Assembly: GCA_028534125.1 (NCBI GenBank)
Contig: CM052818.1
Coordinates: 14,076,001-14,140,000, forward strand
Direction of reading: 5' to 3'
Length of the DNA stretch: 64,000 bases
From: Lama glama
Taxonomy: Eukaryota
Shown here: one piece after another, positions 39,384 through 52,652 of the stretch
Numbering within the stretch: the first letter of the stretch is position 1
Layout of the letters: each line of letters starts with the position of its first letter
Notes under the pieces: generated by a model
Told to the model about the DNA's origin: nothing
Databases searched by the model: none
Seen by the model: only the letters and a program-made list of their open reading frames with translations
Position numbers and translations under genes: made by a program

Positions 39384-41828
39384 TTTTTTTTTAGTTTTTA
39401 ATTTTTTTAATTAAATGTGCAGTTCATTGATTTTTTGGTATATTTACAGAATTGAGCAGCCATCACCATTATTTAACTTGAGAACAGTTTCATCACCACC
39501 CCCTATCCAAATCTTAAATCCATCACCAGTCACTCCTTATCTCCACTCATCTCAGTCCTTGGCAACCACAAATCTACTTTCTGCCTCTAGAATTTGCCTA
39601 TTCTAGATACTTCATATAAACAGTCATATAACCTTTTGTGTTTGGCTTCTTTCACTTGGCTTAATGTTTTCAACACTCATCCATGTTGTAGCATGTATCA
39701 GTACTTCATTCCTTTTTATGATCCAGTAATATCCCATTGTATGGATATTTTGTTTATCTGTTCATCAGTTGATGGACATTTGGGTTGGTTCCTCTTTGCG
39801 TTATTATGAATAATACTGTTGTGAACACTTTTGTACAAATTTTTGTGTGGACATAGAATTTCTGGTCTTTGGGGTAGAAATTCCAAGGAGTGGAATTGTT
39901 AGGTAACTTTATGTTTAATTTTTTAAGGAATTGCCAATTTTTCACAGTGGCTGAATTTTACACTCCTATCAGTAATGTAAGAGGATTCAGTCTTCACTGC
40001 TTGCCAGCATTTGTTATTGTCTATTTTTTTTTTTATTATTTTAGCCATCCTGAAGTGGTATCATACTACGGCTTTGGTGTGCATTTCTCTAATGACTAAT
40101 GATGTTGAACATCTTTTCATTGCTTACTGGCCATTCGTATATATTCTTTGGAGAAATTTATATTCAGTTTCTTTGCCTGTTTTTAACTGATTTGCCTTTT
40201 TATTGTTGAGTTGTAAGAGGTTTTTTTCCTAGTATTTTCTGAATACAAGTCTTTTATCAGATGTTTATTTGTAAACATTTTCTCCAGTTCTGTGGGTTGA
40301 ATTTTCACTTTGCTAGTGTTCTTTAAAGCACAAAAATTTTTAATTTTAATGAGGGCTAATTTATCTGTTTTTGTGTTTGTGTGTCTTTTGTTGTTGTTTG
40401 TTTTACTTTTGTGCTGTGTCATATCTAAGAAACCATGCCTAATCCAAAGTCATGAAGATTTATACCTTTTTTTTTTTCCTTCTAAGAGTTTTATAGTTTA
40501 AACTCTTTAGGTCTTTGATCCATTTTGAGTAAATTTTTACATATGGTGTATGGTGAGGGTCCAACTTCATTCTTTTGCATTTTGATATCCAGTTGTCCCA
40601 ACATCATTTGTTGAAAAGCTGTTCTTTCCCTCATTGAATTGCCTTAGCATCCTTGTCAAAATCAGTTGACCATAAATGTAAGAGTTTATTCCTACGCTCA
40701 GTATTATTCCATTGTTCTGTCTGTCCATCTCTTTGCAGCCACCAAACTGTTTGATTACTGTAGCTTTGTAGGAAGTTTTGAAAAAGGGAAGTGTGAGGTC
40801 TTCAACTTTGTTGTTCTTTTTAAAAAATGTTTTGTCTATTCTGGATCTCTTTCATTTGCTTATGAATTCTACAATTGGCTTGCCAACTTTTGCTAAAAGG
40901 CAGCTAGGATTTTGATAGAGATTGCTCTGTAGATAAATTTGAGGAGTATTACCATTTTGACAATAATGCCTTCTAACTATAAAGATGGGATGTTTTTCCA
41001 TTTATTTAAAATTAAGTCTTTAATTTCTTCCAACAATATTTTGTAGTTTTGTTTCTAAGTCTTTCACTCTTTTTAAACTTTTTGATGCTGTTATAAATGG
41101 AATTATTTTCTTTATTTTCAGATTCTTCATTGTTAATATAGAAATACAATTGACTTTTGTAAATTGATCTTACAGCCTACAACCTTTCTGGATTCATTTA
41201 TTAGTTCTGGTAGCTTTTTGGTGGATTCATTAGAATTTTCCATGTATAAGATCATGTTCTTTGCAAATAGAGATAGTTTAACTTCTTTTACAATCTAGGT
41301 AGCTTCTATTTCTTTTTCTTGACTAATTGCCCTGCCTCATACCTCAGACAATGTTGACTGGAAATTGAAAGAGGGGATATTCCTGTCTTTTTCCTGGCCT
41401 TAAAGGGGAGATCTTTCAATCTTTAACCATTTAGTATGGTGTTATTTCTAGGGGTTTTTGTAGATAACCTTTATTAGCTTGAAGGTATCCCTTCTATTCC
41501 TATTCCTATTTTGTTGAATGTTTTTATAATGAAAGGGGCTTGGATTTTGTGGTTTTGTTAGATGCTCCTTCTGTGCCTGTTGTAATGATCGTATGGGGTT
41601 TTGTCCTTACTTCTTTTAATATGGTGTGTTACATTGATTGGCTTTCATGTGTTGAACCAACCTTGTATTCCTGGAATAAATGCCACGTGGCCATGTTGTG
41701 TAGTCCTTTTTATGTGTTGCTAGATTCAGTTTGCTAGTACTTTGTTGAGAATTATTGTGTCTATATTCATAAGGGATCTTGATCTATAGTTTTCTTGTGA
41801 TGTCTCTGCCCAATTTTGGTATCAGGAT
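39384..41828 (-). mobile_element. Old 5'-truncated L1 (L1MB-type), antisense
   Basis: Poly(T) start, L1 3'UTR text, ORF2 remnants 39754-39945 and 40183-40422 (LIKIKNFCALK). Confidence 0.88.
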
Positions 41829-43709
41829 TGAACAGACATCTAAGTTAACTAATGGGTATAACTTTGAATGGATATTAGAAGCAGCAGTATTTGAATATAT
41901 TTCTCAGAAAGAGTTTTAATAAAACTATGGCTCCCTTCATTGAGAATCGACAATCCTGGATAAACTTAATCTTTCAACATTTTTTCATTAAAGCCAATTT
42001 AAAGAATCTGTGAGACTATAATATTGATGAATGTCAATTACAGTGGCAACCCTGTTTGTTAGAAACTAGTATTTCAGCCTTGCAGCTTCAGTAACAATCT
42101 CTAAAGTTCCTTACAAAAAAGGATTGAAATCCTTTTATACTTTGCACAGTGACTTTGGTAACAGTGTAGATTGCCTCTCAGATCTTCCTTTTTTAAGATA
42201 CATCAATTTTGTCTTGTGTGTGCTTATCAATACCTAGTTGACCTATCTCTCTTGGCTTTTCTTACCTTTGTTCATCCTCAGTACTTTAAGGCTTCACCAG
42301 AGCATTCCTAGGGCTTACTTCAAGACTCTCATGGTACCTGCTTTGAGTACTCTCCTATGGCTATTTACGTGTTTTCACACAGTATGTGTGGGCTTGCGTG
42401 TATGATGTTCAGAGTTCTTTCATTTATTGGAAAGACTGCATTCCTAGGAACCATATGATAGGTGGAAGGGAAGTAGTAGGTTATGGTTTACTGTACTTTC
42501 ATACAGATTTCTTTTAGGCTATAATCACTGAATACTGCTGGACCATACGTACATGACTCTTCCTGTATACAGGATCAACTTTGGAGAAATTAACTTGATT
42601 TGGCCCAGAGCAACAGAATTTTTTACTGTCAGCTGGATCTAAATACTTATTAAGCTAGCAGACAGGGCATTCTCTTCCCAGTAGGAGAGCCTACTGGGAA
42701 AACCGCACTCTTGTTATTAGATTGTCTAGTGGTATCAAACAGGAATAGAAAGGGTGCACTTTTTGGTAAGTGTGATGATAATTCATGAATGCCATTGGAA
42801 AGGGACAATTTAGGGTGGCATAAAAGGGATAGAGAAGCAAGTTAAACTCATCTATAACTCTACTACCCAAGGATAAAAACGACTTACTAGATATCCTTTC
42901 AGGCTTCATAGTTACACATTATAGTGGGATTATACTATATGAATATTTTTATAACATCATTTTTATTTATAATTGTGTTTCTTTAAATACAATATAGATC
43001 TCTATCTCTGTCTTTAATGGCTACCTAAAGCCATAACTTTTGCATACTTATATCCTAATTTTACTTAATCAGATTCACATGGTTTTTAAAAGATGATTTC
43101 AACAACTTGATTAATTATAGTTTTCTACTGTGGAAAAATACAGAACAAAAAATATTGGAATAGATCTCTTTTTTCCTTTTTGGATTTAACTGTAGGTGAA
43201 GTATATACATTTAAAATTTACATGTTCCTTACTAACCTATCTTGTTAATTTTACTTAGACTTTCTTCTCGGCCTTTATGATTCATCTGACATGTAGTAAT
43301 TATCTGCTTATACTCTGCTTATTCATTGTATGTGCAAATATGTAACACTTTGAGGGATTTTAATGTGCTAATAAGTCTTTAACTTGGCATCATACATGAA
43401 GAGTATGAGTTTTATCAGTAGGAAGCCTGTGTTAAAAATTCACATTCTACCACTTATTAATTAAATGATCTGGGTCCAGTCATGTAAGAGCTGAGTCTCA
43501 CTTTCTTGTCTGAAAGCCTGCTTCATAGGATTTTAATAATTGAAAGAGATAATGTTGTCTACAATGTTTAGTATAATGTAAGTGCCCAGTAGATACTGAC
43601 TCAGGCAGTAAAGGGATATGTGGAGAATGTAGATCAGAACCTGGAAAACATTTCTGAAACATCTCTCAGGCTTAAAAAGTGTGTAGCTTTTCAGTTTGTT
43701 TTTTATTTA

Positions 43710-44276
43710 ACATTATTAGGAAGATTTGCAGTTTTGCATTGTGACTGATTTCTGTTGTCTTACCTGGATGTGTGTGTGTGTGTGTGCGTGTGTGTAGCTA
43801 TTTAGTTATAGTTTTAATTTATTTTCAAAGTGAAGGACAATTTAGATGGCTTCCAGGAACCACAATTTGCAGTTTAAACAGAACATATGATTTACTCCTA
43901 TTATTGAATCTATATTACTGGAATTTATTGGTCTACGTATGTAACTCTGCCAGTGGTGTTAGTTAATTGCTTCTCTCCTCTCAGTTATTTAAATTGGGGT
44001 TTAAACACTCTTTGGAATCCTCAAGTAGGATAAAAAGCAAACTTGAATACTGATAAATTCCTTTAAATACAATATGTGGTATGATGGGAAGAGTGAGACC
44101 TTCATGCTTAGACCTGAATTTCAGTCTGTAACCCTGCACAATTTATTTAATAATACTTCTAAGCCTCAGTTGCCTTATGTCTAGAATGCAGATAATAAAT
44201 ACTTTATAGAGTTGTGGTTAGTGATAATGTATACGAAGTACTTGCACAGTCTCTTGCTCAGAATAGGGGATTACTA
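43710..44276 (+). repeat. Intronic direct duplication, copy 2 (contains (TG)n at 43769-43795)
   Basis: Aligns with 36656-37203; core offset 7,070 bp. Confidence 0.93.
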
Positions 44277-46788
44277 GGTCTTAAAGTCCTCTTTCATGTG
44301 TTTTATAAAGTAATATGTTTGTGATATAAACACAGCAATATAACTTACTAAGTTTAAAGTTACTAATGGGTTGACATGACTTTCTTTTCTTTTTCTTTGT
44401 ATATTTATTATTTAAATACCTGGATAAGAAAGGTGATAGTGATTGTGGTGGTATTTATAATAACAAAATAACAACCTTGACATTTATTAAGAATTTATTA
44501 TATGCTACTTACTATATTAAATACATTATATTCATTATCTTACTAATGAAAAATTTTTGTGAATTCATTATCTCACTTAATCCTCATAGTATCTCAATAA
44601 GATCATTCTTGTTTCTACACATATTTTATAGATGAAGAAGCTGAAGTGTAGAGGGATTTTGTGACTTGTCTGAAGTCACACAGCTAGTGTGTTATGGAGC
44701 CAGTGTTTGAGTCTAAGTGATGCACCTCCAGAGTCTGAGTGCTTTATCTTGTATGAGCACTGTTGTGGGGCCCAGGGGGAGCCTCCAGGGGAGAATGTTA
44801 CCAAAGGCTATCTTTATCACTGCTTCCCCTACCCTCTTGCTGTATCCTGTTTAAAAAAAAAAAAAAACGAACGAAAGAAAGAAAGCTACATTAGTTATTA
44901 GAGCTGTTGTAGCAGAGACTTATAATTAGACCTGTCCCTATAGGTTTTCTAGATTCCTTACCAGTTCTTCAAGACCCAGCTCAATTTCTGTCTTTCACAA
45001 AGTCCTTTAAAATATCTTCCAGTTGTTTCTATTCTAAATTCTTATGATAGTGTGATATTTATAATTTATTGATACTGTTTTTATGTGTCTTACTATCTTC
45101 CTAAAATTGTAGTGTTTTAGAGTTGGACAGGACTTAAAGAAAAGTCATGTCCCCATTTTCATTTCAATTTCAATTAGAAAAACAGGTTTTCTAATTCATT
45201 CTACTAGGTTGAGTTTTTTGAACAGTATCAGCTCAGTGTTTGCTGAATATAAGAAGACTATTATATTAGCATTGCTTATTCAATGCTTATTATTCATAGC
45301 ATAGATACACTATTTTATGTTCTGGTTAGGTCGCAGTTGGCTAGTATATTGGTACTGTAGTAGAAATTAGTTGAATAGAACAAAACTGATGTAGATGTTT
45401 TAGGCAGAGTTGGAGCAAACTTGAGATGGGGAAAACTTCAATAAATAGTTGAAATCAGTTTGCAAACAAAGCTGTAACATCATATATAGGATGTGCAATT
45501 AATAGCATTCAGATCAGATCGTATTTAGGAAAATGGAATAAATGTTCCCTAAACATAATAAATATTATTTGAACCCCTGCTGTGGTGGATACAAACTGTG
45601 ATGGGCATTTAAATATCTTAATCAGCACACCATGTGATATTTACTAATAGAAATTCAGAGCTTCATAATAATATCTAACATTTTACAGTTCACATACATA
45701 ATTTTCCCCACAAAAATACCCTTTACAATAAAGGAAAGTCAAAGACCTTAGAGGACTTGGGGAATCAAGACCAAAGCAGCCCTAGAAATACTTTTGTTAA
45801 CCTTCTTCATCTTAAAAATTACAAGTGTTTACAATTGTACTCAAGAGTCTGTCCATGCTCCCTACCCCGGCTGTTCACAATTCAGAAAGAGATGAATTAT
45901 GTTTAGCCTGTGAATTCCAGAGTCCTTTGGCACACTGCAGAATTCTCCTTGGGTTGACCTGATCTTGAGACCACAGGCCGTTGGTTACTTGATCCCAACA
46001 GTGGCCTGTGACCATTGGCCAAGAGCAAACTTGCTAGGTTAGGCTTTGTCCGACTCCTTACTATTAATAAACATTATGTAACAGTGTAACAAGTTTAATT
46101 TTTCTTTTTTTCTTTGACACCTACATTTTATGGAACTGTAATTATCTACTAGCTTTTCAGGTAATCTAAAGGCTGTTTCCCTCTGTTTTGCTTTGTAGGA
46201 AACTTGTTTTAATGATGGCCAGGTTAGCTTACGATTTTAAGTTTCTCAGAAATCTCTTAAAAGCAGAGCTGTAGAACTTACATGTGTAGTTTCTAGTAAA
46301 GTTTTAATTTCTCAGCATGTTTTGAATTTAGTGATTTTTCTGTAGATACATTCTCATGTCACCGAGGTATCTTATTTTAGTGAGTGTGTGGTAAGATTTT
46401 TTTATATTATTTGAATATGTGTCACACATCTTATGATGAGGAAAACTCTCAAGGTCATTTTTAAGAAACCTCTTCTTGTTTTGGATTAGAAGTCTGCTAT
46501 GCTGGGTTTGGGAGATTTAATAGTATCGTATAGCCAGGATGATTTGGACATGTAGGAAATAGATTTGAATGAAAAACATTTTATGGTAAATACAAACAGA
46601 TTCAGGTATTATACTAACATACAGTTTGGGGTAGGTTTAAAATTTCGTTTATAAAGTTAATCTTAAATTTTGGTTTTAATTTATCTAGAGGACTTTTTAT
46701 GTTTGTAAATAGAGTAAGTGTAAATGTGCTAAATACAAATGGGTGAAATAATGTTCTAATTTCAGATTTCGTCTTTTTAAATTTTCAG

Positions 46789-46996
46789 TTGTTGACCTCC
46801 TCTACTGGAGAGACATTAAGAAGACTGGAGTGGTGTTTGGTGCCAGCTTATTCCTGCTGCTTTCATTGACAGTATTCAGCATTGTGAGTGTAACGGCCTA
46901 TATTGCCTTGGCCCTGCTCTCCGTGACTATCAGCTTTAGGGTATATAAGGGTGTGATCCAAGCTATCCAGAAATCTGATGAAGGCCACCCATTCAG
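46789..46996 (+). CDS. RTN4: RTN4 RHD exon, 208 bp ([21 protein letters not shown]...DEGHPF(R)); first hydrophobic hairpin and start of Nogo-66
   Basis: Acceptor attttcag|, donor CAG|gtgaga. Translation matches the reticulon homology domain. Confidence 0.98.
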
Positions 46997-49900
46997 GTGA
47001 GATGTGTAGAAAACAAGGCACACGTTGGCTTTGCACACTGTAAACAGGATTAGTATTGAGATTTCATTCTACTATCTGTAGAGTTACAGGAATGCATTTT
47101 TTTTTTTACTGCTTAAAGATGATTGCAAATTTTTGCTAAAAAGCTATACCAAAAGCATCTGCTTTTGAGATTTCCTAAAAGTCATTTCAAGGGCTTAAGA
47201 TAGAAAAGATTGGGTTTATGTATCATTAGCCTAACTCTAGTACTTGTTAGTAAAATTTATTTATTTATTGGAAGGAGGTATTGGTTATCTAATTTGACTT
47301 TTATGAAAGCTGTATTTTTTTAACATGGTTGGGATTGGTGAGAGTTACATTTTCTTTATTGCTTTTATATACTGTCTGATACTAGAAATACTTTTCTTAC
47401 TGGTAGTATTTTTGTGTTTTTCTATTACTCTTTCTCTTCATGTCTGTCTTTTCTTACCATTCTTTCCCTATCTAGTTTTTTCTTCTCATTCCCTAATGCA
47501 TTACTTTTGTATTATCCTTTGGAATGCTCCTTAATTTTAGCATCTCCTTGTCTCCAAACTGTCATCTTCTTCCTTTATTTTGACAAGCACGCTCTAGCAT
47601 TGTCTATCTAATTGCTAGTGCGATGGACACACCTCACCTTGGGTCTTCTGACCTCACTTCATAATCAGCACATTCCCCACCCTGCTTTAAAAATTCAGAT
47701 ATGTATAATTCACATACTATAAAATTCAGTGGTTTTTCAGTATATTCACAGAATTGTACAACCATTGCCATCTCATTCCAGAATGTTCATCACACCCAAA
47801 AGACACTTTACCTTAAAGCAGTCACTCCCCACCTAGCCCCTGACAGCCACTAATTCGCCATGTCTTTTAATGAATCTTTTATCTCAAACTTGTCAGTTTC
47901 TATCGGTTAACACCACTATTACCCTAATTTCAGGCTCCCAGTTTTCATGACAACTCTATAAGATAGATATTACTCCATTTTACAGAGGGGGAAACAAACT
48001 TCGAATTCATTAACCTGAAATTGCAGCTTCAAAATGGCAGTTATATCATGCCACAAATCATAAAGGAATATGATTTTGGTTATACTAAAATACATAAAAA
48101 CATTGTCAAGCCAACAATTCTAGTTATAAATTTTACATGTTTGATTTTAAAGACTTTTGGAAAAAAACTAATGACTTCTTTATTATTTATTCCCTTAGAA
48201 ACACTATCCTTGGCTCAAAGGCCTTTCATAATCATTATAAAGTAAATTCAGCTAACATGCAGTTTAATACGCCTTTTGGACATTTTTCCAAGTTCTCCAG
48301 TCATGCTAGTGAAGTTGGTATCATATTTCATATGTAGTACCTGCGGTCATTGGAAGAGTGATGACAGTGCTGGAATTGCATTAATATCACACAAATGCTG
48401 GTTGAATGAATGTAAATACCCACAGGGTGTCACTGATGGAGAGTGCTGCCTTTGTGCCTGCTGGCCAGGCGTCTTCAGCAAGGACAAAAGCAGTGGTACA
48501 AAGAAGCAGAATACCAAGTAAAGTTGTATCAGTCGCCTTTCTGTATTTCTTAAAGCTGCATGAAGAAACTACTGCTGACTTAAGGGGTGGATGTGAATCT
48601 TTGACCATTTGTAACTTGATAATAACAACTTGATATTTGTTGGCTAATAAATAATTGTCTTATGGTAGACCATTGTACTAGTAAAGATGTGTTCCTAGTC
48701 CTTAACAGTTTATACTCTAGTAGAAAAAATCTGCGAATATACACGTCTATATTTAAGGGCTGGATATGGTAATTACTTAAGAATAATACAAAAGAAAGTA
48801 TTGTTAGAGTTACATAGTAGGGTTGGAAGAGGTGGGATTTGAGATGGGGCTGGCTGACTGGATATGCTGTCACCAGAGGTGTGAGGAGAGCACTGGGGAT
48901 TGGGAAAACAGTGTGAGAAATAAAGGCATTAAGGATTAAAAAAAATATTTGATGAATGGCTCAATTTTGAGCTACAACATAGTATTGGGAAGTAAGGTTG
49001 GAAAGATTTAGGAGGGCTGTTGTGTACAGTTGGAACCATAGAATCACAGAATGTTTGAGTCTGAATGGATTTAAAAAGTCTATTTCTCTAACTTGGTACG
49101 ATTGGCCATGACCCAGAGAAGCTGGTTGCTTTTGCCAGGTTACACAGCTAGGTAGTAGCAGTTCTGGTTCCTGCCCGAGTTCAGTCTAAACAGCACGATC
49201 TAGAGTAGCTCAGATAAAACTGACCTGGCACTGGCTGAAGGGATGGATACAGACAGGCTAGAGACTGGTTTGGAGACTGGTCGATTATTCCAGTTTATAA
49301 ATAATGAGCATCTAAACTATAGTAAAGGCACAGTGAATAAAAACAAGGAGACATGGGGCGTCCTGCAGGGGTTGAAACTTTGAGACAAGGAGTTATCAAA
49401 GAGGACAGTTACTTCCAGTGTAACTAGTGTCCACAGACATAGGGAGCTGATGAGAAGGGACTGGGTAAGGAGCCACTTCCAACAGATAAGAGAATACTTA
49501 GCACTTCTGATTGGGTTCTGCTCTGCCAAGATAAAATGGTTTCGTTGAAATAATAACTAATGAAGCAATTCCTTGCATTCCTGCAGACTTGACTTCCCCC
49601 TCTCCCACTACAGTTATCTTCTTAAATTTGACAGTTCCAGCTATCTCAGAATGGATTGGGGCATCTAAGTGGACAGTAACTGTTGTGTTTTACTGAGATT
49701 GCCTTCATATTTTTGGCAGCCATTTCACAATCTGGGGCTTGATTTATTGGGTAGTTTCCCCTAAAGATTAGGCTGAAAGAGTGTAGTATTTGGAAATGAC
49801 TAGGGTTTTTGTTAGGAATACTTGATAAGATAACATTATGTCAACTTGAAAAAAACAAATCCATAACAACTACCATTTATTGAGTGCTTCTTTGTGCCTG

Positions 49901-50254
49901 ATTGTGTTAAGCACTTTACTTATTGAAATCTCATGATAATCTCTGTATTATAAATGAGGAAACTGAAGTTTAGAGTGATGACTAACTTCCAGAAGTTACA
50001 CAGCCAGGTAAGTGGCAGAGATTAAGATTCAAGCTCAGATATGTCCGACTTCAAAGTGTATGCTTGGCTTCTATATCCATGTATAAATGAAATAAATACT
50101 CCATGCTTGGTGAATTTTTACATTGTGCTTAATTTGGAAAGAGTAGATTTCTATAGTAAAATATTAATGTTTTCTTTTACAGATATATAATGGCTGATTG
50201 ACAGACATCCAGGGAAAATCACTCCAGTCAGTGACAGTGTGTTTTGTTTTCTAG

Positions 50255-50393
50255 GGCATACTTGGAATCTGAAGTTGCTATATCTGAGGAGTTGGTTCAG
50301 AAATACAGTAATTCTGCTCTTGGTCATGTGAACTGCACAATAAAAGAACTCAGACGCCTCTTCTTAGTTGATGATTTAGTGGATTCTCTGAAG
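50255..50393 (+). CDS. RTN4: RTN4 RHD exon, 139 bp (AYLESEVAISEELVQK...DDLVDSLK); remainder of Nogo-66
   Basis: Acceptor tttctag|, donor AAG|gtaagt. Confidence 0.98.
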
Positions 50394-51251
50394 GTAAGTT
50401 TTTTTTTGCTTTTCATTTTTGGCATTCCCAGAGTTTAGTATCAATTGAGTTACAAGGGGTAAAATTCTATTTTTCTATATTAAAGTAAATTAGAAAGACA
50501 TAATGAAATAAGTACTGTATCACATATTTAAGATGGAGGAAAGTACAGTTCCTTTTAAAGGGAAAATGTTATAAATTCACACTTTTGGAAATCATAAAGA
50601 TTAAAAGAAGATTAAAGAGAATCTTGACTATTAGAATAAATATTATCTAATAGATTTAATACCAGATATGATTTCATCTGCTTGGCTGTTTTAGAGTCTA
50701 GCACTTCATTTCTTAGCTTGTATGTGATTCTTACATACACATAAGCTATTTCATATCTTTTACTCTTTCTTGGAATATTTATCCAGGAAAAGCTTTAATA
50801 TTCTGAAACACCTCATCATCAGTTGGTAATCTTTGGAATTTTCTTCAGTTTTTGGACCTGCTATAGCAGCTGTTAGAGTCTCACTTTGCAAGTAAGCTCC
50901 CCAAATTTTAGGCTGATTCAAAGCAAGCACTAAACTCCTAACGTGAACCCCAAGCACTGAGATTTTCGTGCTTTTCCTTTTACATAGAACCTGCCATTTG
51001 TGTTTTGTGTGTTATTGCCTGTGACTTAGGACAGACTTGTTCCAATCTGAGCCTGGGAAGAAATGTACTATGGTAGTAATTACTGTAATTTTCTTTTCCA
51101 GGAGAGATAATCCAAATTTGCAATGTATTGTGCTAGCCAAGGGTATCATAGCAATAGGATGATGACTGGGTGTTTAGATTTGGTGAAACAGTTTCTGAAC
51201 TAGTCAGAACAGGTTTAAATGCTCAAAATGCTTTTAACAAATATCTTAGCC

Positions 51252-52089
51252 TTTTTTTTTTTACATTTTTTATTGATTCATAATCATTTTACAGTGTTGT
51301 GTCAAATTCCAGTGTTCAGCACAATTTTTCAGTCATTCATGGACATATACACACTCATTGTCACATTTTTTTCTCTGTGATTTATCATAANNNNNNNNNN
51401 NNNNNNNNNNNNNNNNNNNNNNNNNNNNNNNNNNNNNNNNNNNNNNNNNNNNNNNNNNNNNNNNNNNNNNNNNNNNNNNNNNNNNNNNNNNNNNNNNNNN
51501 NNNNNNNNNNNNNNNNNNNNNNNNNNNNNNNNNNNNNNNNNNNNNNNNNNNNNNNNNNNNNNNNNNNNNNNNNNNNNNNNNNNNNNNNNNNNNNNNNNNN
51601 NNNNNNNNNNNNNNNNNNNNNNNNNNNNNNNNNNNNNNNNNNNNNNNNNNNNNNNNNNNNNNNNNNNNNNNNNNNNNNNNNNNNNNNNNNNNNNNNNNNN
51701 NNNNNNNNNNNNNNNNNNNNNNNNNNNNNNNNNNNNNNNNNNNNNNNNNNNNNNNNNNNNNNNNNNNNNNNNNNNNNNNNNNNNNNNNNNNNNNNNNNNN
51801 NNNNNNNNNNNNNNNNNNNNNNNNNNNNNNNNNNNNNNNNNNNNNNNNNNNNNNNNNNNNNNNNNNNNNNNNNNNNNNNNNNNNNNNNNNGGTGCAGGTT
51901 TCATTTTGAAGTAGGGTTCCTTCTGGATATATGCCCAGGAGCAGGATTCCTGGGTCATATGGTGAGTCTATTCCTAGTCTTTTGAGGGATCTCCATACTG
52001 TTTTCCACAGTGGCTGCACCAAACTGCATTCCCACCAGCAGTGTAGGAGGGTTCCCTTTTCCCCACAGCTTAGAGCATTTGTCATTTGT
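51252..52089 (-). mobile_element. Young L1 3' fragment spanning an assembly gap
   Basis: Poly(T) at 51252. ORF2 C-terminal remnant [25 protein letters not shown] on the - strand. Confidence 0.85.
51391..51890. other. Assembly gap (500 N)
   Basis: Run of N. Confidence 1.
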
Positions 52090-52389
52090 ACCACTGCTTC
52101 TATTTGAAACCTTCTTTCTCAGAAATTGAAAATTTTAGAGTCAATATTCTTAGCATATGAAACTTTTCTTCTCCTTGCTTTCTTTTGGGGTGGGGGGTAA
52201 TGTCAGGGAGAAGCTGTTCTATCAAATATGATCAAAGAACTAACCGAACCCCAATGTTTACAGGCTTGTTGGAAAAGATTTCACATGAGATGGTGGCTAT
52301 CATTGTGCCTAGTCTAGGTCTCATTTTGGTGGTTGACTTGGGCAAATAAAAATATGTTCTGCAGATTTCTTCTTTTAAATTCCTGTGTA

Positions 52390-52652
52390 CAGTTGACCCT
52401 TGAACAACATGGGGGTTAGAAGTGCCAGCTCACCTTGCTGTTGAAAATCCACCTGTAACTTCAGTTGGCTATCCATATCCACAGTTCCTCCTTAACCGAA
52501 GTTGCTCTGTATTTGCAATTCCTCTGGTATCCATGGTTCCATATTCATGGATTCAACTAGCCAGGAATTTTGTACTGTAGTATTCACTACTGAAAAAATC
52601 TGCTGACAAGTGGACCTGTGTAGTTCAAATGGTGGTGTTCAGAGGTCAGCTG
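52390..52652. mobile_element. Tigger2-derived MITE (MER8-like)
   Basis: TIRs cagttgacccttgaacaac ... gtgttcagaggtcagctg, with TA on both sides. Confidence 0.8.

Noticed and set aside
46761..46788. Upstream ttcag as an alternative acceptor for the first RHD exon
   Set aside because: It lies 23 nt upstream, is out of frame, and has a poor pyrimidine tract.
51299..52094. Three long ORFs of 209-253 aa
   Set aside because: Artefacts of translating through a 500-N gap inside an L1 fragment.
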